64,000 nucleotides of DNA from the IMG/VR virus record IMGVR_UViG_3300010376_000002, positions 1-64,000 of that record; one strand, given 5' to 3'. This DNA is from a virus (Duplodnaviria; Caudoviricetes). Below, one piece after another: positions 54,461-61,310 of this stretch. Made by a program: the position numbers and the translations under genes. Position 1 is the first letter of the stretch; every line of letters begins with the position of its first letter. The notes beneath the pieces are model-generated. The model ran no database searches, had not been told where the DNA came from, and was given only the letters and a program-made list of their open reading frames with translations.

Positions 54461-55749
54461 GCAATCTTTCTTACGTAATCCCAGGCTACGTAGCCACTGG
54501 AATTCGCTTGATTGCTGTTGGCGTTATCGAAATCCAGAATCATATGATCCGGATAGTTGTTGTTCAGGCTTGGACCACCATTAAAGATTTCGGTGTAAAA
54601 GAGCGTCCAGTTCCATCCATCGTTAGAAAGCCAGATTTGCAAATTGCCGCCGAAAAGGCCGATTTTTACGCGAAGGTCCAAACCGGTCATAACGAATTGC
54701 TGCCCATTATTGATCGGACCTCCGCCGATCCCGATGTTTGTACTCGGACCATTGGTCGCCCAAGCGGTTAAAAAATAGAGACTCGCAGCAATGCCGCTAG
54801 GAGGATAAAAGGTTTGAGCCTCTATTAAGAAACCAATTGATCTAGTCGTCGAAAAGGTCAGTCCAAGATGGACATCCAGATAGTTCGAATTACCCGCAGT
54901 GGCAGGCGCATACGGGTTCATCTGGAACCGGAACTTAAATTGAAACTGAAACCCGGCCGCAAGCGGAGGATTTGCGCCAGTTCCGAAAGCTTGGCTGAGC
55001 TGAATCTTAGTGTGTCCAGTCGTACCGAAGGGTTGCACCATCTGGTAATACGTGGGCTGGAGCAAACCTGTGGTTGTGCCGGCGCTATTGCTCGGAGTCC
55101 ATTTTGAACTCAGACTCGTGCCGGTGAATTCATCGTCGTAAACGCTAGGACTAAGCGGAGCTTGTAAATCCCCGTAGTCACTGGTCGCGCCCGGTAAAGG
55201 ATGAACGTGGTTATCGCCTCCGACATAGGAGTTGACTTGCCCGTCAAGCTGCGCGAGCCAGCCAGGCGCAGTGGCACTAGCTAGGGCAACTCCATCGCTG
55301 CCGCCCGGCAAGTGAGTTGAACCGTGGGGCAGGGGAGTGAATGCGGCCGGAATCCCAGAGATATGAGACCAATCACTGGGAAAGACTGTCGGTTGGTTAG
55401 CAACCTGCGACCATTGGGTCGGAAAATAGGTCGGCAGATTAATTAACTGGAGATAGTCGCTAGGAGAAAAAGTCGCAGGTTTACCAGTGACACCGCTCCA
55501 GGGCACACTGTTAGCCGCATTAGCCAAAGGCACCGATCCTCCTGCGGCCAAGTTATCAGCGGTAATCGCGTGGTCGACCTTGCCCGCGACATTGCTTGGA
55601 GCGTAGACACTTTTTAACATGTCTCCACCTCCTGGCCCGCTGCCGGTCGTTGCAACTGTGATCGAGGTAGCGGTTTCGGTCAGGTTGATGCCGGAGCCGC
55701 CCAGCAAAGCCTTGAGAGGTAAATAAACGCCAGCTTGTGCAAGTCCCAT
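54457..55749 (-). CDS. tail fibre/receptor-binding protein with a lectin-like C-terminus
   Basis: GDMLKSVY, W..(V/I).(G/N).P repeats, HGSTH..GGSD motif, DEF.G..L..KW ConA-like start. Confidence 0.65.
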   Translation of the reverse strand: MGLAQAGVYLPLKALLGGSGINLTETATSITVATTGSGPGGGDMLKSVYAPSNVAGKVDHAITADNLAAGGSVPLANAANSVPWSGVTGKPATFSPSDYLQLINLPTYFPTQWSQVANQPTVFPSDWSHISGIPAAFTPLPHGSTHLPGGSDGVALASATAPGWLAQLDGQVNSYVGGDNHVHPLPGATSDYGDLQAPLSPSVYDDEFTGTSLSSKWTPSNSAGTTTGLLQPTYYQMVQPFGTTGHTKIQLSQAFGTGANPPLAAGFQFQFKFRFQMNPYAPATAGNSNYLDVHLGLTFSTTRSIGFLIEAQTFYPPSGIAASLYFLTAWATNGPSTNIGIGGGPINNGQQFVMTGLDLRVKIGLFGGNLQIWLSNDGWNWTLFYTEIFNGGPSLNNNYPDHMILDFDNANSNQANSSGYVAWDYVRKIA

Positions 55750-55755
55750 ATGATT

Positions 55756-56511
55756 TTAGAGGGTTTGAATTGCTCCGACGAAAAACTTAAAACCGACCTG
55801 AACCGTGAAGTTCACTAATCCCGGCGTGTCTAAGACCAGGCGCCAGCTCAGCGAGTTCGCTGCGGCCGGGAACATCATCAATAGAGAGGCCGAAGTTAGG
55901 ATCGGACGCAGTAGATAGTTTTTTGCGTTCATCACACTGATGTCAGTGGATGCGGTTGCTGCAATCCAACTCGAGCTCGTCACGTCATAAACGTCAAAGT
56001 GGACCGTTCCAGCCGGCGCGGGGGCTTGGCTTGCGTCGTAGAGATAAGCCATGTCCACCGCGTAAACGCCAGGCACAGGGTTATTCAGCGTACCGGTAAA
56101 AAGCGTAGCTCCTGCTCCTGCACCCGCGCTCACGGTCGCCTTACCTTCACTGCGCAAGAGCATCTGCGATCCGAGACTCGAGTGAAAGATCAAGTCGCCA
56201 CCGAGAAAATCAGTTGGAGCACCGCTGCCGGCCGGACACAAACCGTCTTGGGTGGTTGTGGCGACAGGAATCGGATCGTCTCCGTTGGCAAGATGCTGAA
56301 TACCGTGAATTGGCAGATTCAGTGCGGTAATCGCAGTGAGCGCTTTATCGACCGTGCCGGGCTGCCCGTTCGTCGCGTAGACCGACTTGAACATGTAGTC
56401 GCTCAGATCGGCCGCGGGTTGCATCACGACCAAGGGCAAACAAGGAGTATCGCCAAAATCCGTTGGCATCGGCGTTTCCACGACATCAGCTCTCGTAAAT
56501 CGGGAAGGCAT
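55756..56511 (-). CDS. tail fibre-like protein
   Basis: MFKSVY and HGIQH..GDDPIP.ATT..DGL motifs shared with the neighbour. Confidence 0.6.
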   Translation of the reverse strand: MPSRFTRADVVETPMPTDFGDTPCLPLVVMQPAADLSDYMFKSVYATNGQPGTVDKALTAITALNLPIHGIQHLANGDDPIPVATTTQDGLCPAGSGAPTDFLGGDLIFHSSLGSQMLLRSEGKATVSAGAGAGATLFTGTLNNPVPGVYAVDMAYLYDASQAPAPAGTVHFDVYDVTSSSWIAATASTDISVMNAKNYLLRPILTSASLLMMFPAAANSLSWRLVLDTPGLVNFTVQVGFKFFVGAIQTL

Positions 56512-56518
56512 AAAAATG

Positions 56519-57013
56519 TTATCTCATTAATCGAGCGATTGCGGCTTGCTGGGCGCCGAGTGCGGTCGGACCCGGCGGAGGAATGACGGTGCCGCTCGAC
56601 AGATCAATGTTGGTTGAAGGTAGAAAATCGATCTCGCCGCGTTTCATGGTTTGAACGACTCCTCCAGGCGAGCGGGATTTGCAGTCAAAAGCATAACGAC
56701 CCTCTGGCACCTGGGCGGTGAGATCGCCCAACACAATTAAGGCAGTCCAACCGCAAGCTCCGTGATACTCGGTCCACGCCGTCACCAATAAATTGGTCGG
56801 ATCAGTCGGATCCATGGACGCTTTGACCACAAAATAAAACGAATACCCGGTGACATCAGGAGTCATCGGGCAATCGCAAAAGACTTCGATAAAGAACGCA
56901 AGCGTGTCTCCCTGGACAACCTGCCAGCGTTCGTTTTCGTAAACGTCACCCTCACCCATCCAGAATGGGCGCATTGGTTGAGTTGGCGCGCACACTGAGT
57001 AGATTCCATCCAT
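56519..57013 (-). CDS. BppU-N-like structural/adaptor protein
   Basis: GDT...DVTGYSF.F.VK...D, TA..P.G.Y..D......G...T...G.I; ATG 57013 preferred. Confidence 0.6.
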   Translation of the reverse strand: MDGIYSVCAPTQPMRPFWMGEGDVYENERWQVVQGDTLAFFIEVFCDCPMTPDVTGYSFYFVVKASMDPTDPTNLLVTAWTEYHGACGWTALIVLGDLTAQVPEGRYAFDCKSRSPGGVVQTMKRGEIDFLPSTNIDLSSGTVIPPPGPTALGAQQAAIARLMR

Positions 57014-57014
57014 A

Positions 57015-57506
57015 ATGGCAAGTAATTTAAAGCCGTTGATTGAGATGAAAGGGCAACAGTTCGGCAGATGGTCTGTCACGAATGAAGACCACGTGATTGT
57101 TCACAAGCAAGCTTACTGGCTTTGTATCTGCGAATGCGGTACGAGGCGATTTGTCGCGGGCCAAAATTTGCGAAACGGCAAATCTCTTAGTTGCGGGTGC
57201 CTTGCGGTCGAGAGGCATCCGAACAAAGGAGGATGGAGTAACCATCCCTTGTACCAGCTGTATTGCAGCATGATTAAGAGGTGCGAAAATTCGCGCTCTG
57301 TTTCCTATAAATGGTACGGAGCACGTGGAATCACTGTTTGCAAACGCTGGCGAAAATCTTTCGGTAATTTTCTGCAAGACATGGGTGAAAGACCTTCGCC
57401 TGAACATTCGCTTGATCGCAAAAGAAATGACGGTCCTTATTCGCCCGAGAATTGTCGATGGGCGACTGCTCGCGATCAACGTATGAATCAAAGACGGCAT
57501 AAGTAA
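57015..57506 (+). mobile_element. free-standing HNH homing endonuclease gene, antisense to the structural operon
   Basis: FGR.SV, W.C.CECG, SCGC, M..RC.N, YG.RGI.VC.RW, SLDR..NDG.YSP.NCRWAT. Confidence 0.9.
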
Positions 57507-57508
57507 GT

Positions 57509-57570
57509 GCCCAGCTCCTAACAAACTGTTGGACGAGGACAGTTTGACAACGAAGAGACAGGAGCTGGGC
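57509..57570. terminator. nested hairpin between convergent HNH and capsid genes
   Basis: 11-bp gcccagctcct/aggagctgggc enclosing 8-bp caaactgt/acagtttg. Confidence 0.55.
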
Positions 57571-57616
57571 TGCTCCGGTTTACTACGCTTGCTGCTTCGA
57601 ACATTCTCCTAACCAG

Positions 57617-58873
57617 TTAGATGGTTAAGCTAATTCCGCCTCCGGTTCCGGTAGTACCCGGATAACCTAAGCAGGTAGCAAAACCAAAGTCTGGTTGACA
57701 TCTTTGGTAGATAATAGGAATCACCGCATGCGGGCGTTCGGGCCTATACGCACGTGTTACTTGATACAGGTGGTAGCCAAAATCGCCAAAGGCGTTACAG
57801 TCGTTATCCCTCAGCACGACGAACTCAAGCTCTCCTTGACTATACTGCGGCGGAAATTTCCACTCACCCGCGCCCGTGTATTGTTCCGGAACTAACCGGC
57901 GGAAACTATTACTAAACACCATGAAAAGAACTTCATACATAGCATTTAGATAGTCAGGGTTAGCTCGCGCGCCGATACCTTTACTAACTTGCACTGCAAT
58001 TTCGGGCTCAATGAAGTCAGGAATTAACTGACCATTTAACAAACCGAAAGTGTTAAAGCGCAGAGGCTGCTGATCGATGCCTAGGGCGACCCCCTGGTAC
58101 GGTCCAGACCAGGTGTAGCCTGTTAAAGTCTCTTCACCAAGCGTGTATTTACCCGTGGTTAATGCACGCATATCGTACCTGACATTCAGGTCCGCGCGTA
58201 AGTTATCAATGATATCAGCACCCGCAATTACCTTAACAATGGTGCCGGCTTCGCTCTCAAACGGTTCGCAGAGTAGGTTCTCATGCGCCCACGTTTCTAC
58301 GTACTTCAGGAAGGGGAACGTAACCGCTGTGTCCGGCGGCGTATCGTCGTTCATGCTAACATCGATCGCTTGCACATCTCCACTAACCATCTGCGGGAAA
58401 GTGTAGGTAGTGTTACATTTGATCTTAACACCACTGCGCAAAAACAATTGGCTCCTAACATCAATGTTAAGAAAATATAACATTTGTTTTTGCAGCGCAT
58501 CTTGGGTAGCAGAATAACTACCTTGGAAAGCCGACCGCATTTGCTTAATGCAAACTTTTGGTCCGCGGCCGCGCACAGTTCCTAACTTGGTAGTATATTC
58601 TGTACTACCCGTTTCGGCCACCTGCCCGAGGTCCGCGCATGAATCCACATCGTTGAAGAAAGTGGGTAATACTAACGAATGTCCTAACACCGGACGTTCC
58701 ATCACGATGTTACGTTGTTCGTCACTAACAGCGCTCTCGAACACTCCGCCATCGAGCACGTCCGCGTAAGGTGCCCGCCTCATCAGGAGCAAGGTAATGT
58801 TACCAACGAGACGTAAAATATCGCGTGAGGCAAAATCGATAACTGCCGCAGGGCTAAGTAGGCAATCGCCCAT
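57617..58873 (-). CDS. major capsid protein, putative
   Basis: 418 aa, heads the structural operon, AT-rich leader, distinct codon usage, RGP.VC and P..NP.Y..A.YE patterns. Confidence 0.7.
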   Translation of the reverse strand: MGDCLLSPAAVIDFASRDILRLVGNITLLLMRRAPYADVLDGGVFESAVSDEQRNIVMERPVLGHSLVLPTFFNDVDSCADLGQVAETGSTEYTTKLGTVRGRGPKVCIKQMRSAFQGSYSATQDALQKQMLYFLNIDVRSQLFLRSGVKIKCNTTYTFPQMVSGDVQAIDVSMNDDTPPDTAVTFPFLKYVETWAHENLLCEPFESEAGTIVKVIAGADIIDNLRADLNVRYDMRALTTGKYTLGEETLTGYTWSGPYQGVALGIDQQPLRFNTFGLLNGQLIPDFIEPEIAVQVSKGIGARANPDYLNAMYEVLFMVFSNSFRRLVPEQYTGAGEWKFPPQYSQGELEFVVLRDNDCNAFGDFGYHLYQVTRAYRPERPHAVIPIIYQRCQPDFGFATCLGYPGTTGTGGGISLTI

Positions 58874-58918
58874 ATATAAAAATTTCTGTTGAATTAAAGG
58901 GGTTAAAAGTGCGAACGA

Positions 58919-59052
58919 AGACCTCGACTTCCGCGCCTGCGGAGCAAGGTTGATTTCGGCACCCGCTTGTTACGCCGCGGCGACCGGCGGACTCGAGTCG
59001 TTTCTGAAAGGCCGGGAACGAGCCTCGTCAAAGATCCCGTGCTGAGAGGTCT
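58919..59052 (-). promoter_or_regulatory. structured 5' leader of the capsid gene
   Basis: 7-bp closing helix AGACCTC/GAGGTCT with internal hairpins. Confidence 0.45.
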
Positions 59053-59152
59053 ACTCCTCCTTTTGCTCCTTGACAAGAGCTTTTAGTTTGCGCTTAGCTC
59101 GGGATTGCACGCGATTGTTTGTAGATTGGTTATTCCCTGAGTGTTTCATCAT
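59051..59152 (-). CDS. 33-aa basic peptide not in the track
   Basis: MMKHSGNNQSTNNRVQSRAKRKLKALVKEQKEE; TAATG overlap. Confidence 0.4.
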   Translation of the reverse strand: MMKHSGNNQSTNNRVQSRAKRKLKALVKEQKEE

Positions 59153-59364
59153 TAGAGGTCGAGTCTCTGAGTGGGCTCGACCTCTCGCGCTTTAAGGAAA
59201 AGCTTCGGCTTGCCCGGCCGCACGATCACTCGGTAATAGCGTCCGGTACGCGGAATGTGCGCGGTTGGTTCCCGGTGCTGACCGTGAACGAAGACCTTTA
59301 GCCCTTTGTAGGACCGTGTCTCGTTGTACCACTTCCAGAAATCTTTCTCTCTGAGCAGCCTCAT
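59152..59364 (-). CDS. small basic hypothetical protein
   Basis: 70-aa ORF coupled to the next. Confidence 0.5.
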   Translation of the reverse strand: MRLLREKDFWKWYNETRSYKGLKVFVHGQHREPTAHIPRTGRYYRVIVRPGKPKLFLKAREVEPTQRLDL

Positions 59365-59426
59365 TCCACAAAAGACTTGAGCTTCGACCTTGGTGGCGTG
59401 TCAATAGGGATCGGAACGAGGCTCTT

Positions 59427-61304
59427 ATGGCTTACCCTGCCAACGCTCGCATACCGGTGCAGGACCGTTACTGGATCCAGGGCGCCAACTCCCTCGTCTT
59501 TCCGACCGACCTTCCGCAAGGCCAATACTATTGGGCCGAGAACCTAGTCAACCGCGGAGGCGTGATGCAAACTCGCTCCGGCCGCAATCGCATCTTCAGC
59601 TTGCCGGGCACGCGCGCGCAAGGAATCACGATCTACCGTCCCTATCGCGAGAAAGAACAACTTGTGTGGTCGGTAGACGGTCAGATTTTTTGGTCCGAAT
59701 ATCCCTTCACGAAGTATTCGGCGATCACGAAAAGCCAAGTCGCCTTCTACAAACACGCACCGCGCGTTTATTTCTGTCAGGCGCGCCAAGGCGTAAAGCT
59801 CAATATCGATGGTTCGCTCACCCTTCTGCCGCAACCCCAGGATATATTGATGATGCAGGATGGTTTTACGGCTAGCGCTGCCTACATCGCTACCTCTAGC
59901 ACGGCTCCGCTGCAAGCTGCCCACAACCAGCCCGCAGCACCCTGGCTCCAGTGTCCGACCGGCACGATCATGTTCTATAGCGGCAACCGACTCTGGGTCG
60001 CGTACCAAGAAACCATTTACGCTAGCGACCTAGACAACCCGAACAGTTTCTCGGAACGCACCTATTTAGCCGAAGCCGATGGATTCAAACTGCCAGAGCC
60101 GTGTACGGGGATGCTCGAGATTGCCAGCGGTCCGACTGAGCTAGCTTCGCTCCTAGCCTTTAGCCCATTTACGATTACGAGCTTACTCTCGAACGTTTTG
60201 GATAGGACTCAGTGGCAGAATACTGCCAATTTCCAAACCATTATCTCGCGCGATTACGGCAACGTGGCGCCGTTTCTGGTTGCGAACCAATTCGGACTTC
60301 CGTGGTTCTGGAGTGAAGTCGGACTTCTGTCGCTCGACGTTGCCCTGAACCAATACGGATCTTCGGCCGTGAATCCTCGCGACATGGAGATGCTGCGTTC
60401 TAAGGACAACATCTCGGCTTTCGCGGCACCTAATATCTGCGGAGTCGCCTTCGAGAATTTCCTGCTTGTCAGTGTGCCGAGTGGGTCACGTTACAACCGC
60501 CAAACTTGGGTCATGGACGGGGCACCGCAAGCGCAGCTCAACGGTGGTGCCGGCCGATGCTGGACCGGTATCTGGACCGGCGATTATCCGGTGCAATATG
60601 CGACCGGCGAGATCCAAGATGTCCCTAGGTGCTTCCACATTGGATACTCCTGCCAACCCGAGCCGGATCCAGCCGGCAATATGTGTCAAATTCACATTTG
60701 GGAGGATTTTATCGGCCGGCGAACCGATCAAATCGACGGACAAGACACTCCGATTGAGTGCTCGTGGGAATCAAAAATTTTCGAGGTCAGTCAAGTTGGC
60801 GAGTTGATTCGCTTTAAGTATGTCGAGATCGATTGCGTCGAAATCTTGGGCACTGTCGCATTGCAGATCTTCTACGCCGGCATCAAAGGCCACTACCGGC
60901 TTTGTTATTCGATGATTCTTTCAGCTGATGAAGGCTTGCCTGGCTGCGATGAGTTTCCTCTCTGGACCTATCAAGGGCTGGCTACCGACACCGTTTTCGA
61001 AAGTTTCCGGCCGCAGGTCCGGACCGTCCGCACTCCAGATTTCTCTGGCTCGGCGGCCGAAGACGATGGATGCAGCGACACGTGCGGAATCGAATCGGAC
61101 TATCAGCACAACGTCGACCGCGGCTTTCAGATCTTGATCAACTGGCAGGGTAGAATGGGAATCAGGGAAATGCGCCTTTTTGTTGAAAATTACCCTCAAC
61201 CTGGGGTTGGCAGGTGCACTCCCACTGAGACAGGCGAAGTGAATATTGTCTCTGCTGTCGGTTGTCTGCCGCCTCCGAAAGTCTGCCAAATAGTGGTGCC
61301 GTAA
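59427..61304 (+). CDS. tail nozzle/stabilisation protein (P22 gp10/T7 gp12-like), putative
   Basis: 625-aa beta-rich ORF; G.NS...P..LP..QY.WAEN..NRGG...TR.G start and NRLWVA...IY.SD typical of podoviral nozzle-like proteins. Confidence 0.6.
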   Translation: MAYPANARIPVQDRYWIQGANSLVFPTDLPQGQYYWAENLVNRGGVMQTRSGRNRIFSLPGTRAQGITIYRPYREKEQLVWSVDGQIFWSEYPFTKYSAITKSQVAFYKHAPRVYFCQARQGVKLNIDGSLTLLPQPQDILMMQDGFTASAAYIATSSTAPLQAAHNQPAAPWLQCPTGTIMFYSGNRLWVAYQETIYASDLDNPNSFSERTYLAEADGFKLPEPCTGMLEIASGPTELASLLAFSPFTITSLLSNVLDRTQWQNTANFQTIISRDYGNVAPFLVANQFGLPWFWSEVGLLSLDVALNQYGSSAVNPRDMEMLRSKDNISAFAAPNICGVAFENFLLVSVPSGSRYNRQTWVMDGAPQAQLNGGAGRCWTGIWTGDYPVQYATGEIQDVPRCFHIGYSCQPEPDPAGNMCQIHIWEDFIGRRTDQIDGQDTPIECSWESKIFEVSQVGELIRFKYVEIDCVEILGTVALQIFYAGIKGHYRLCYSMILSADEGLPGCDEFPLWTYQGLATDTVFESFRPQVRTVRTPDFSGSAAEDDGCSDTCGIESDYQHNVDRGFQILINWQGRMGIREMRLFVENYPQPGVGRCTPTETGEVNIVSAVGCLPPPKVCQIVVP

Positions 61305-61310
61305 ACCGCC

